64,000 nucleotides of DNA from Epiperipatus broadwayi (lineage: Eukaryota; Animalia; Onychophora): assembly GCA_028023455.1 (NCBI GenBank), contig JAQFVV010000007.1, positions 18,104,001 through 18,168,000 of the forward strand, read 5' to 3'. Below are positions 12,506 through 26,440 of this stretch, piece after piece. Below the pieces are notes generated by a model. The model saw only the letters and a program-made list of their open reading frames with translations. It was not told the origin of the DNA and did not search any database. The position numbers and the translations under genes were made by a program. Every line of letters begins with the position of its first letter. Positions within the stretch are counted from its first letter, which is position 1.

Positions 12506-15500
12506 AGTGATGAAAAAAAGTATTTGCTTCATTTATATTTCCTAACTTTTATAGCCTATTAAATGTAATAACTTTACCATGGGTCTGAAAACTGTGGCTT
12601 GCAAGTCACATGCAGTTCTTTGATTCCAGTCTTCCCTTTATTTTATTCCCATCATGTGGTTCTTTTTATCATGATAAACATAAACACATTTTTTATTTTC
12701 TCTTGTAATTTGTAAATAAATATTTTGATGACTCCAGGAGAGGAAAAAGGCGCTTTACAACGTTGTTTCTTGAATTCAGTCTTATGTAGCGGTAATTATT
12801 GTGTGTGATGAATATTTAAATATTAGACATTTGTTAATAAATCAAACTGTCAAAATCATTTTTATTTATTTATTTATTTTAAGACAATTTTTATTTTTCT
12901 TAGGATGATACAGATTCAATTATATTCCATTATTAAAATAAATGTTTAAATATATCCACAGCCTTTCAGAAATTCATATTTTTCTTTATTTTTCACGTCT
13001 TTCCTTGTGACTTTTTTGGAGGGGGTGGGGGATGATGGTTTTTAAACAAAATAGCTCTTCAAGTTAAAAAGTTTGCTGAATCTGATCTAAACCATAGACC
13101 TGTATGGATTAACTCTAAATATATGCATTTAAGAGTAAGTTATAATGCATAAATGATATAATGAATGATTTTCTGGAACCAATTGCATTAGACTTCATTG
13201 AATTGATAAAATAAATTAAGATATTATAAACTGAATTTAGATTAGAATTAAGGAATGGTATTTTAGATAAATGATGTATTAAAAATAGAGAGTCTGAGTT
13301 TAAAATGAATGAGAAAATTCTGGAAGAAGAAAAGTAGAATGAAATAGAGAAATGAAGTTGTAGCATTTTAAACAAGAGATTAGAAGAATTAGAGAATTCT
13401 GAAAATGGATCATTAGATCAAAAAACAGATAGGAATGTCTTCAGAATAAAAAAAATAAAGGATGAGTAAGATCATAAAGATTACTAAAATAGAAACCTCC
13501 AACTTAGAAATAATTTCCTTTTATTTGTTAAATAATAGTCAGGTAGTTATTTTATCTAGAGATCATCATGTGACAGGTAAATATCAAGTAATAGGTTGGT
13601 CACAATGTTCCATTTAGTTGAATAGTTTGTTTTAGTTTCCAGCTAGGACTTAATCTACAAACTGTCCCATTTGCCACTGCATTAAATTAAACAAAACACT
13701 CCGTTATCAACTAAAATATATATAGGAATATAAAAAAATCAAAACAAATAAAATATTAACTCTAAAAATGGGCATATTATATTGCACAAAACAGTTGCAA
13801 AGATATTACTGAGAATGGAGAAACCTAATGTGATAGTTACAATTTTATAAAGTTGTAATGCAGAAAATATGCCACTGCTTTACTTAAAGGATTAAAAAAA
13901 AAATGGAAAAAATGTTTTAAACCTATGTTTTATATTGATTAAGACTAATAAATTTGGAAAAATATTCCAAGCACTACTCTAAATTTTCTCTTCTTTAGTT
14001 CCCCCTTTGACCGCAGTTTGGCATGTAATAAAATCCACTGTTAGTGTTGTAAACAGCATTTTTAAAATCAAATTCTAATCATTGCCTAGATATTTCTTTA
14101 TATCCATTTCTTTTTTTCTCTCACATTTTCCCCTGTACTCTTTTATGATCTCTGTATATGCATGCAAAGAAATAATTTTTAATTTTTGATCGTGTTAATT
14201 GTTTTTGCATTTTGGAATTATCATTCATCTGATTTTTTACTAGGGCATATAATTTTTTTATATTTCTCTGATGTACCACATGTTGATATCTTGCAGTGTT
14301 TTATGCCACTTTTTAAAGTGTTATTTTATCCATGCAATTTGGCACAGTGATCCAGTGGAAACTCTAAATTCCAAGATCCATGAATTGTCCTGTTTGTCTT
14401 TTCCAGTGCTTGAACTTTTTAATGAACACCAAAGCAATAAACTATTAATTGATGAATACTGAAGCAATAAACTGATAAACATTGAAGTAATAAAGTATTT
14501 GCTAATTTTTTTATTAATTATTCTTTTCATGATACAGGAAGACGAATGTATGGAATTTCATCACTATTATTATTATTTTATCATCAGCAAAACTATTGAT
14601 TTGTCTAAATTTTAATATGTATTATTTTCTTTTCAACAATATATATATATATATTTGATTATCCATTATATTCTGGATTACTAAAGGAGTACAAATTTTA
14701 GTAATACTCATAAATTTTCAGTCTGTTCAGAGATTTAACTTCAACCAACTGCTTCACTTTACTGATTTTGAGAAATAGCTAGAATAACAGATTCAAAAGC
14801 TAAATATTCTTTTTAACTCATATAAAGTAAAAACAAATCTTAATTGAATAAAATTGTTTTTCTCTTACTCTTTTTCTGAAAAGTTATTGTGTGTATTTAT
14901 TTTTAAAAGATCTTGCTGATGAGTAGCCATCTTATTGCATCATACCCTTATCATAGATGATCAATCTTAAAATTATTTATTTTGTATGTTATCATGTGCT
15001 TTAATGAATAGCTATTTCAAAATAATACAAAAGGAAAAACATTGCTATCACATTTTCACAATTTTCTTCTAAGTTTACTTTTTTTAAAAATTTCACTAAA
15101 CACCTTAGGATCAGAATCATAATCCAACGTATAAAAGAAATAAAAAAAGTTGATTTATATAGTTTTGTTACAATTCATAACAGTGATGCATTTCAAACCA
15201 TTTCTTTAGAACATTGCCCAATACTAACATTTATTTATACATCTGAATCTCGTTTTATTTTGAAATTATGTGATTCATCTTTCTTCTTAATATCTTTCAT
15301 ATTTCACCATATTTATTAGATATCAAGAAATTTATATTATTAATAATTTATTTTGACTTGAAATACTTTTTTTTTTCAAAAATATAACATTATATTAGCA
15401 GCTAACATGAATATGCCCTGAAGCTGTATTTAGAATCTTAGCTTCTATGTAAATAACCTACTTATACTAATGAGTAAATAATAATAATAACAGATTTATA

Positions 15501-16099
15501 CTTATGTATAAAAATATCACAATAAATATTCAAAAATTTTAAACTTTTAAAACGTATTTTGTTAGATATAACAGAAATAAAAACATTTTTAGATTGTTAA
15601 AATAAATAACGAAGATTTTATTGATTTTTTTAAACTGAAAATAATCTTTCTAATGATAATGTATAATCGTTTTGTTTTGATTGCGATTTCATTTTTTTAA
15701 TATAGAAACAGAAAACCATTAACACAGCACAAGACTGAAAGTGGTGCTAGTTGTTCATCACATCATGAATCTGATTTCTTACCAGTTCACAAATGAACGC
15801 ATATTGTCAAATAGTGGTAATGATTAAAATATGTATAAAAAAATATAAATTAAATACTGTAGTTAATAAAAAAAGTTTGTCTTGTATTAATTTTTTTCAA
15901 ATATTTGAAATTTTTTATTAGTCATACTTTCTTTTCTTATTTTTTAAATGTGAATTTTAAAGTAATTTTTTCTTGTTGCTTTGCTTTTATGTGATTTCTG
16001 AAAATTACTGGAGCATATCCCCCATTTTTCAAGATAAGTTAAGTCTATTTTTGTGCACATTTTCTGAGGAACCTCTTATAAAATTATTATAATTTGATT

Positions 16100-16420
16100 T
16101 ACAAGTGTCAGATTTTTCTTACTTACAACTTTGACACCATCCAATTTAGATAAATATATTAATGATTATTATAAACATTTGTTAAACTAAAGATTATCAT
16201 ATATCATTTATAGCCCATATATAAACTTTCATTATTGTCTTTACTATAATTTGATCTACAAGTGTCAAACTTTCTGCACTCACAACTTTGATGCCATCCA
16301 CTCCAGATAAATACATTAATGATTATTACTAATCATTTATTAGGAAAGAGATTATTATATTATTATTCATAGCATACATATAAACTTTAATCCCAGTTAA
16401 AGATTAATATGCAGTAAAGC
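16100..16420. repeat. Interspersed repeat F, two tandem copies (also 23460-23600 and 31640-31790)
   Basis: Shared caagtgtcaaac...caactttgacaccatcc...agataaatacattaatgattatta; probable non-autonomous DNA element. Confidence 0.65.
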
Positions 16421-16691
16421 TGTGGACTATCCTACTCTTTTGCATTCAAACATATTGTTTATTGAATTGCAAATATATAGTACTTTTCAACACTCATATG
16501 TATACATATAACACAGAAGCTTTGTTTTACATGTATACTATGCATATATAAGCAACATTTAAAAAAAAAGTAACGGTTATTAATAATAAATTTAACGGAC
16601 ATTTATATATTTTTTATGAACTTTGTGTTTACTCATACATTGACTGAAGCAATAAGCATTAAAATGCTTACATGTTATTTTATTTGTAAAA

Positions 16692-16898
16692 TAAATCAGG
16701 CAAAACTCTCCATACAGTAGTGCCACTCAGTGCCAACCAGAGTAATCAATGGATGCCAGAAGGCTTGTGCATAAAATCCCTATCTAGTTCCTACTCTGGT
16801 TGGTACCAAGTGACATTACTGTATGGAGAGTTTTACCTGTTTTAATAACAGTAATGTGCTAGCATAAGAAATAGTGATCATGTGAAGTTTAGTGGTTT
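16692..16898. mobile_element. Family C short hairpin copy (termini only, no HHR)
   Basis: caggcaaaactctccatacagta ... tactgtatggagagttttacctg inverted. Confidence 0.8.
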
Positions 16899-19019
16899 AA
16901 AATAAAGCAAAGAGTAAAATGTCTGACTTTCATCATTATTAAATATGCTCTAGGTAATATTCCTTTTTCTCTTTCAATAACTTGTTTCTTTTATATATCC
17001 ATAATAAACTAGTCTCTTTATCAAGAAATTATGATTGCTTTACTTATTTTAATACTCTTAAATCAGTATTAATTTTAAGAATGGTCTAAAGTTTTATAGA
17101 GCTTTTAGCAATTATTCTTAGAGAATATTTTATTACATTCATTAATTTCTGCAAATTTAATAAAGGAAGAATAAAATACATGTGCTTTTAACATAAACCA
17201 AAGAAATTTTATTAATGTGTATAGACATGTACAACAGCACTCTGGGTTAAAAAAATAACTACTAGCATATTATAAAATTTATTTACAAATTTTACTTTAT
17301 TTTTTTAAATGTGAATGCATATAGTGCTCAGAGAAAGAAAAATGGCTGCTGAATATCATAAAATTTGGTAATTTTAATGATTTTTTTTGTTTATTCATAT
17401 TTGTGTTTGATTAAGAATATTTTTCTTTGGCTATCATATAGTTGAAATCATGTAGTTAGATACAGCATAGTTCATGATTCTAACGTATATTTATATATTT
17501 GTTTTAAAGTTGTCTGGAATGAATATTTTAAGAATATCTAAAAATATATATGAAATAAGAGTGATCTTTCCAAATAACAATTTACAACAACTTTGTAAAA
17601 ATTTGGGTGGACAAAATATTAAAAATAATAAAATGGTTTAGTTACTTAGGATGTCATGTGACATTTGAGCACAAGGGCAGCAATGTATTGACAAAAGAAT
17701 AGCAAACTCCTTTTAATTTTTATAATGATGCTAATATTTTATTGTCTATTATTATACATATAAAGATATTTGAAAGTACCAAAGATATGAAAAATCTTAT
17801 TTTCAAAAAGAAAAAGAAAGTGAAATAACTAAGTTATCTTTAAGCATTAAAAAAACAAAAAATATATTTAAGAGTAAAATAAAAAAATAAAATGATAGGA
17901 GAAATGGTTTTGCTTTTCTATTATTTAATATTTATAATACTGAATACATTCTTAAATAAATTCAATGTAGAATAATGATGGTTGAAGTTTTCTTAGTCAT
18001 TTAACTTTAGTAAATAAAGGGAGATATTTTAAAATGGCAAAAGTGAGAAGGGTTCATGTGGTAGTTTGCAATATTATTGTATGGTTGTAAAATATGGTCT
18101 TTATGTAAAAAAAAATGATAACAATAAGATAAATGCTTTTCATTTATGATGCTTGAGAAGGCTGATTAGATTTCCTTGAACAGTAAAAATGACCATAATC
18201 AAGAAATTAAACCTTCTACATATTGGAAGCCAAAATGCTTAGTGGTGAATGATGGGAAAAGATGCTTCTTGTAAGCTTGAAGTCAAAAGAGAGAACATTC
18301 ATTTATGAAAGCGAAGAATGATATAATTAGTCACCATAGAGATGTGTCTGTAGGACAATAGGAAGAATGACTTTTATACATTGAGTCACTAGGTGTTTAG
18401 CATAATAAACATTTACTTAATTAATATGCACAAACTAATGCCAACAACTGATCTTCATCAATTAATTTATTACAGTACGACTTTGTTTAATTTTTATAAA
18501 AAGTTATCAGGATAAATTAATTTTTTTCCCCTCTATAATTTAAATAAAATACTTAAAATCACCCACATATTTCTAATGTTCAAAAATAAAATATAGATTA
18601 TAAATTTGATCCACATATGGTTGGTAACAAGAAAAGAAAAAAAAAAATTTAAACTTCATAAAAATGTAAAAAGAAAAAAAATATATAGCGCTTATTAAAT
18701 AATTATAAAATATTTTTTAATTAGACAAAATTAAAAGAAAAACATATGGAAATCTTTGAGTATGAGTATGAATCTGTAGATTTTATCATGTGGTAAATAG
18801 TCCCTATCTATACATTATAAACATAGAGAAGTAATTGGGCCAATTTATGTATGTGCCAGATAAGTTTTAGATGAGGCACTGAATTGTAGTGGATAATGTC
18901 AAAGACGTTATTTTTTTTATTTTTCACCACTAATTTTTGAATGTTATACACTCCCCACTGGCTGAATTATATTCAAACTGAAAGTTTACATTTCATTTGT
19001 TAAGTACTCCTTTCTTACT

Positions 19020-19680
19020 GTCTATATTTGAAACTTGTGAGTTTTCATGTAAACCAAGATGGCACCCCCATATTTTTGATAAATGTACAGTTTCTGTTAG
19101 TTGTTAAATTAAAACAAAATTAATAAATCAATTGTTAAATTTAAAAAAAAAAAAGGAATAAATTTCGATAAATTTCACTAAGAAGCTTTATTTCAATTTT
19201 TTTTTACTTATAATATGGGAAGTGACGAGATACTCTTTGGTTCAATTTAGCGTGTTTCTTTTTTCAGCAGTTTTTTTTTTGGTAATACGTCATAACGATA
19301 AAAATTTGGGATCTTCCTGTCACAGAACATGATGCAATGGACTATTTTCAAAGGTATGGAATTCTGCACTCACATGTTAGATGTTACAATATGATTGCAT
19401 GACACAGACATGAATAAAGTGTAAATATTTTATTTATATTTTTTTTTCATTTTTCTGTTAATAAAGTAATCCGAAAAAGAAAATAAACTTTAAATATTGT
19501 TATTAATTTTTCCATGATTTCTTTTTTTAAAATAACAGTAAGAAAAAATAAAATGTAATTATTAAATACATTTCCTAGCAAGCATTTTTTTTATAAACAT
19601 TTTTTGGGGGCCCTCAAAACTGCAGATTTATCAAAAATATGGGTTGCCATTTTGGTTTACTTGAAAACTCACAAGTATCC
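19020..19680. mobile_element. MITE-like fold-back with long inverted repeats
   Basis: gtgagttttcatgtaaaccaagatggcaccc-ccatatttttgataaat is inverted at ~19625-19675. Confidence 0.6.
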
Positions 19681-20159
19681 TATATTATTATAAAAATTAT
19701 TATTTACCACAGTTGGAATTTTTTTTGTTTGTTTTTTAGTAAGTTGTGAAAAAAAAAGGATGTTTACTGCACAAATGTCATATAAAATTTCAGTACAAGC
19801 ATAATTCATGTTCTACATGAAACTAAGTTTGCCTAAATAGAAAACAATTTGAACACACTGGATAAAAAATATTGGTGGGATTGCATTCAAAAATTAGATT
19901 GCTTCTTTAAGCTTTTTGGTCTAAACTTCTATTTTAGTATACACACTGGATACATATTAAGGAACATGGTTTGATCTTGAATAAAAAAGATGGAGTCTCA
20001 TAGTAAAAGACTTTCATGGTTTGTTAAATGGGCTTTCATTTTCAAAGATATCAGTAAATGGTAATTTGAACATCTAGTGCTACGAATCCAAATTATTTTG
20101 TTTATTTGTTATTAATCTTATAATTAATTGTTTACTAAAAGCGTAATTCAAATTTGTAA

Positions 20160-20856
20160 ATTTTTTGTTACAAGTAAATGGAAGATAAATGTTAAAAAGA
20201 CTAAAGTAATGTTTAATCGATTTGCTCAAAATATGAAAATAAAGATTGATTATGAAGAATTAGAAGAAGTTAACAGTTACAAATATCTTGGTCAGATTAT
20301 TAATACAGATGAAAACATAATGGAGGAAATTAATCATAGAATTAAAGTTGGTTGGAGTGCTTTTGGTAGAAATAACTTGATACTAAAAGGAAATATGCCT
20401 ATGTGTTTGAAAAGGAAGGTTTTTAATAAATGTGTTTTGCCAGTTCTTACTTATGGATCTGAGACTTGGACACTTAATAGAAGAGCAATACAGAGACTTC
20501 AGACCACTCAAAGAAGTATGGAGAGATGCATGTTGGGAGTAACAAGAAGGGATCGAAAACGCGATGTATGGGTAAGACAACAAACAGGTGTTACTGACCT
20601 TATTGAAAAAATTAAAAGATTGAAATGGAGTTGGGCTGGACATATTGCTAGAAGAAATGATAATAGATGGACAATTGAAATTTTAAACTGGATTCCAAGA
20701 GATTGTAAAAGACCCAGAAAGAGACCATATGTGAGATGGATGGATCAAATAAGAAAATGTGCAGGGGTGTTGTGGAGAAGAGAAGCTAAAGATCGGAGAA
20801 GAAGGATTAAACTTGGAGAGACCTTCATCCTGCAGTGGATTGATAATGGTTGATAA
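20160..20856 (+). mobile_element. RTE-clade LINE, 5'-truncated, young; RT C-terminal ORF (track ORF 20128-20853)
   Basis: YKYLGQII...PVLTYGSETWTL...KWSWAGHIARRNDNRWT...RPYVRWMD, typical RTE RT thumb and C-terminus. Confidence 0.95.
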
Positions 20857-21187
20857 TGAAATGGAAGAAAAAAGCTTTTCAAATTTTTATTTGTTCATTA
20901 TTGAAAGGTAATCAATAAGGAGATTTATATTTAATTTGTAAAAAGACTACACAATAATATCTATCCCCAATAGCGAGTTCAATTGGATCACCAAAATGCC
21001 TTGTAAATAAAAAAACTTACATAAAAAATAAGCAATGTGATGAGTTTCTATGGGAAGAAATATAATTTGCTATCTTAAATTCAAAATATATAAACACCAA
21101 ATTAAAAATATATTCGTAATTGAAAAAAGCATTAATTGATAAATAAATATTTTACAAAGCATATTAATAATAATAAACCTATCCATT

Positions 21188-21405
21188 AAATTTTGAAGTT
21201 TTGCTGTCTTAATATAAACTGAACACTGTTTACATATGTGTGTGGGAAATGATGATCTGAACCAACTGATGAGTGCTGGTTCAGCACGAAATACATATAT
21301 TGAAAATCATTTATATTTTTTACATGTATGTGGTTATGCATATCAGTTGTATAAGATGGAGTGGATAGTTGTAGGTAACTTGAAAGTCTGAGTTCAAATC
21401 CCTTC
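21188..21405 (+). mobile_element. Family B (subfamily b) truncated copy
   Basis: Colinear with 33300-33525 and 40520-40735. Confidence 0.8.
21252..21310 (+). ncRNA. Type-I hammerhead ribozyme with extended bulged helix I, family B
   Basis: ATGATCT-gaa-CCAA-CTGATGA-GTGCTG gtt CAGCAC-GAAA-TACATA-TA-TTGA-AAATCAT; perfect 6-bp helix II, intact core. Confidence 0.85.
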
Positions 21406-22949
21406 TTATTAAATCAAATTCAGATAGACAATATACTTGTATTTAAATAATAATAATATTAATAATAATGGTGATGATAATAATAATAAAGAAATTATTA
21501 ATCTGCAGATAAATATAAGTATAAAGAAAAAATAAACAAATTAACACATTTTAAAATTTGTTTTTGATATATTTTATATTCTATTACCAGTTTCTTATTT
21601 GTGTAATATTTAACCAATAAAACTTTGAATTGTTTTTGGAGCTCTGTTAAATTTTTTTAAAACAACAATTTATGAGTTTAATTTACATTAAGACAGTAGA
21701 AATTAAATAAAATTAGATAAAAAAAATGAAATGTACAGTTGATTTCTGTAGTTTTAATAATGTAAGTGATTAAATTTTTTTTTTTGAAATTATATATTTT
21801 TTATGTTTATAATAAGAGTTACCATTATTTTGAATATGTTTTAAACAAATTGACATTATTGATTTAAAATTGAGCAAATAAATGATATTTTTAACTTATG
21901 TTTAGTAGCCTTTGATCATATAAAATTGATTATTAACTGGATAATACATGAAATTATTTTTTTCTCTTTTTTTTTTAAAAATTAAGTTTTAATTATGATA
22001 GCCATATTTTACAATTATAATAATCATATTTCTAGCTGCAGACAAAATAGTGTTTAGAAAAATTTTAATTGTCTGAGTAAATTTATTCTTAAAAGGTTGT
22101 CTTGACAACAGGTTGAGATTGTTGATTGTTATTGATATTGGAATTGTCTAAATGTTGGCCAATTTTAATCATTATTTGTCTAATGTTTACATTTTAAAAT
22201 TTATTATTAATACACTTTTTGCTTATGTATTGTATGGAATAAAATGCATTTTTTTTTGTTTTTGTAGATGTTAACAATGAAAATCTTTATTTTGAAAATT
22301 TTATCAATGAAAGTACTGGTTGTCAAGGGTACTGAGTGAAAATTGGATATTTTAATTATTTATTCAAAACTAATATTGTATATTATGTAATGAATAAACT
22401 CTATACTGTATATTTTTAGCATGGATGCCATGATATTACCCTTGGATATTGTAGCTTTAATGATGTAACTAACATGTAAAATCATCAGTCTTATAAAGTG
22501 ATAGATGTTTGAAAAAATCACCATGGTGAATAACCAATAGTAAATCAAAATAACATTTACAAATTGATGATGATCACTATGGTAAATATTCACATAAATA
22601 TCCATATATTACAAGCTAAAAAATATATAACATTATATGCTTTTATATGTAATAATCAGTGAGAAAGGTTATAAATATTGAAACATTAAAAATATCATTT
22701 ATTTGTTTATATATTTATTTGTTTATATAGTAACTCAACTTGTTCATGTATGTAAGTCCTAGGTAAACATGTTGTGTTTATAATGTGGGTAAGATTGATC
22801 TTGAGGAAGGCTTTAATTGAGCTCATTGCAGTATGGACATTTTATTACAAAATAGCCAATATTATTTTATATTGTAAAGAGTAAAGTAAAACTGTTGCAC
22901 AAATTAATTTGCATATAGTAGTATATATATATAATCAAAAAAGCTACTC

Positions 22950-23432
22950 ATACATCATGTGACTTGTTCTAAGCTTGTATTACAGATATGTAATATAGGG
23001 AGCATACCAATAGCTTTAACAAGCTTTCATCAATAAGTGCACAAGAAAAAGCATTTAAAAACCTCTAGAATAATCCCTATCCTTAGATTAATTTCAAGCT
23101 TTTGGCTCACCTCAGTGAAGTGCTGGGACATTCAAACACTAGTTTTAAAAATAATAACTCAAATTCAGCACTTATCTAATACGTAACAATTAAGTAGAAA
23201 ATTTGAAACTTTCAGACACACACATAAATGTTTTTAAAGGTGTCTGAAAGCACTTCAGTCTCACCATATATTAATAGCCTCAGCAATATAGCATCGCCAA
23301 AGCCCCAAGAACAAAATTATAAAATGGAAAAAGCAAGTCATATATATCATGTGACATATAGAGAGCATGCCAATAGCTTCAACAAGCTTTCATAAATAAA
23401 TGCTGCAAGAGAAAGCATTTAAAAATCTCTAT
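22950..23432 (-). mobile_element. Family D HHR element with ~363-nt terminal redundancy
   Basis: gcataccaatagc...aagcatttaaaaacctct is repeated at 23002 and 23365; homologous (inverted) to 37690-38045. Confidence 0.7.
23081..23120 (-). ncRNA. Hammerhead ribozyme motif, family D (degenerate)
   Basis: CTTCA-CTGAGGT-GAGC caaaaa GCTT-GAAA-TTAA-TC-TAAGG; helix III palindrome ATTAAT. Confidence 0.55.
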
Positions 23433-24349
23433 CTACAATAATACCAAGTATATATATATATATAAGTGCCAAACTTTTTTGATTTACAATTTTGACACCA
23501 GCCATTTCAAATAAATATCTTAATGACTATTATTAATCATTTATTAAACTACAGATTATCCTTAGCCCAGATATAAATTTTAAACCACAGTTGAATTAAT
23601 ATATATGTTTTTAATAAACATAAACACATGGAATAATTCAACTTCTTTTTTCCATATAGATCTTTTTAGATATACTTAAAATTTTCAATCCATTGCCCAT
23701 TCTTGAAACACATGACCAAAGACATCTAAAAAAGACAAGTAACTGCCAAAATGCATTTTATGTTGAATCCTTATTCTTCAGTCAGCACAAGCTATAACCA
23801 CTTACACATATCTTTATTATTTGCTTAGTACAAATTTCAAACTTCCTGCTCTCAATCTTTCTCATGGAGGTTATTTATTTTTGGTAGATGTCTTTATTCA
23901 TAGGAGTAAAAAATGTGTGGAGTTTTAAGTCCATCTAAAAAGATAATATCCATGAAAAATGAGGGATGAAGTTGGGTTTATGATGCAATGTGCTATGTTT
24001 AATAAAAACTTTAGATATATTAAATCCTTACCTGGGTTTATACTTTATATCTATACCAGGAATTATATGGTAATGTCTAGTCTTATCAATGATTAGCGAT
24101 AACTATTAATAATTTTTCTAAAGTGGATAATTTCAAAGATGTGTGAGAAATCTAACTCATATAGATCAAATCGTAATAAACTAATTTGTACAACACAAAT
24201 AAGAATGACATTCAGTATATCCTAATGTGAAAAGATGACTGGTTCCCCCCCTATCCTACCAAACTTTTGGCAGCACCATCTCTAAATCAATGGATGTGTT
24301 ATGTAGCTATATAATTTAATTATTTACTACAGACATTTTATGATGCTAG

Positions 24350-24500
24350 CATCCCTGGCTCGTTAGTTATGACATAAAATGTGATCGTATGTTTTGTACT
24401 TTTGTGGACTATCTTCAATGTTTTCCTTGCCATCATGGAATCTTACAAATCACTATAAAATATGCTTGTGTCTCAAGAATCACTGTTACAAACAGTTGGA
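24350..24500 (-). mobile_element. Mariner-like transposase remnant
   Basis: FVRFHDGKENIEDSP resembles the mariner RF.EG.E.LED.PRSGRP motif. Confidence 0.35.
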
Positions 24501-24960
24501 GTCATTTCAAACATTTAAATAACAATTTTGCTTAATTTAAAAAAAATATAATGTATTATTCCATCAAATTTAGGTATTAAATATGCTGTTATATTTCATA
24601 TAGTAACTTGAGATCCAGATATACTAGCACCATAAAATTTTTGTGGTGAATATCTAAACTATGTAATTATATAATACATGCATTAACTCAGAGATAGCAC
24701 TACAGGCAGCTTGGAGAAAGAACTTGCCATTAATTGCTTTCTTTATTGTAAATTATAAATGAACTCTGCCTACTTCATGAAATCGGCTATTATTTTTATT
24801 GTTTGTTTGTTTCATACATTTTACCTAATGAAGATATGCTCTCACAAGATGAAGCATATTAATTGTTCTTTCAATCTTAATTTTCAAAATCTTATTTAGC
24901 ATTCTAAAATTTTTCTAGTGACTTATGTTACAATCTTAGAGGATTCATGTCTCACTTCAT

Positions 24961-25218
24961 TAAAACAGGCAAAACTTTACATACAGTAGTGCCACTCAGT
25001 GGTAGCCAGAGTAATCAATGGATGCAGAAGGCTTGTGCTTCTCACTGATGAAAGCCACAAGCTAGAAACTAGTCTGGAGATATTGGATGAGTAGGCACTA
25101 GATTGGGATTTTATGCACAAGCTTTCTGGCATCCATTGATTACTCTGGCTTGCACTGAGTGGCACTACTGTATGGAGAGTTATGCCTGTTTTAATAACAG
25201 TTATGAGCAAGCATAAGA
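24961..25218. mobile_element. Family C hairpin copy containing an HHR
   Basis: Inverted arms aaaacaggcaaaact...gaaggcttgtgc / gcacaagctttctgg...gcctgtttt around the HHR. Confidence 0.85.
25039..25080 (+). ncRNA. Minimal type-I hammerhead ribozyme, family C
   Basis: TTCTCA-CTGATGA-AAGC cacaa GCTA-GAAA-CTAG-TC-TGGAGA. Confidence 0.75.
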
Positions 25219-25989
25219 CATGGTGATCATGTGAGTTCATTAAAACATATTTGAAAGCATACCAATCCTATGTTTTAGTTAATTTGATTGGAAAAATTTA
25301 ATTCTACTTTTTAACAAGTTAAAACAAAATAGGATTTGCCGTGCAGTTCAACAATCAAGTTTAAAAAAAAATCTAAGATATTTAAACTGATTCACATTAT
25401 AACTGATAACCAAGCAAACCAAACACATAGAATTCATCTGCATTTTTTAAAAAAACCTTTCAACAGGTGGACATGTTTTTTTGTTCTCCCTAATATTGAC
25501 TTTTGTAAAGATACATTTGATTTTAGCATTTAAACCTTATTTTATATTAAAATTTAATAAATTGGGCTTTATTTGTTAGAAATATAAGTTTACAAATGAA
25601 AAACATTTAAAAAAACTCATATTTGAAGTTTTTGCAAATATGGAAAAAAATTATAAAGTCATCATAAAATTATTAAATTCTGTTCTAAAATTTAAAATTG
25701 CAGTTACAAGCAGTTGTCCTGGATTAGCGGATTCACTTCCCTGGCTGATGCTATGACACATGAGAAAAAAAATATCACAAAAGTTGAATTGACAAAGCTT
25801 AATAATCAATCATTGTTTCCTTTTTATCATTACTTGGGATTTGATAACATATTTTAAAAGTTGATGCATATTTTTAAAAAAAATCTTAGTATAACATGAA
25901 TATATTTGTTTTTTAATAATTTCTATACAAATATTTTGTGAAAACAATCATAAATATTTTAATAAATTATGAAATTATATATATATAGC

Positions 25990-26440
25990 AGATGTACCCA
26001 GTTTTGGCCATCATTTTGATATGTGAATTTGACAGCATTATGGACTATGAAACTTCCATTTTATTAATGGTGGAATTACAGTCTTCATGAAATATGGTTT
26101 GTAATAAAAGTTATGGATTACCAAATATAATATTTATAGTAGTTTTTTTTAATTAGTTGCTTTAACAATTTTGTTTTACTTTGTGGAATTACTTGCTTTG
26201 AATAAAATGCTCGTAATCAAATTAAGCGTTTAAATTAAAATTTTAAATAAATCTGTTATATTTAATATGTGAATGTGGCAACATTCTGGATAACTATTAA
26301 TGGCAGAATTACTTCCTTCACACAAAAAATTCTTCACATAATAGTTTTTTATAATTTTGGTTGTGAATTTGACACATGACAGCCTTATGGAAAAACATAC
26401 ATTCCCAGGAACCATGTCACAGCTTTATGGGAAAACATTC
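25990..26440. repeat. Interspersed repeat G (also 33880-33950, 34260-34520, 35360-35470 inverted), probable DNA-transposon derivative
   Basis: Shared agtttttttttaattggttgctttaacaa; gaattacttcctt; gtgaatttgacacatgacagccttatggaaaaac. Confidence 0.55.

Noticed and set aside
14915-14945. Isolated CTGANGA hits (14915, 53583, ~10690 on minus, and the internal family B tcatcag at ~2968/47892/48327)
   Set aside because: No helix II followed by GAAA and no cleavage triplet with helix I; expected by chance
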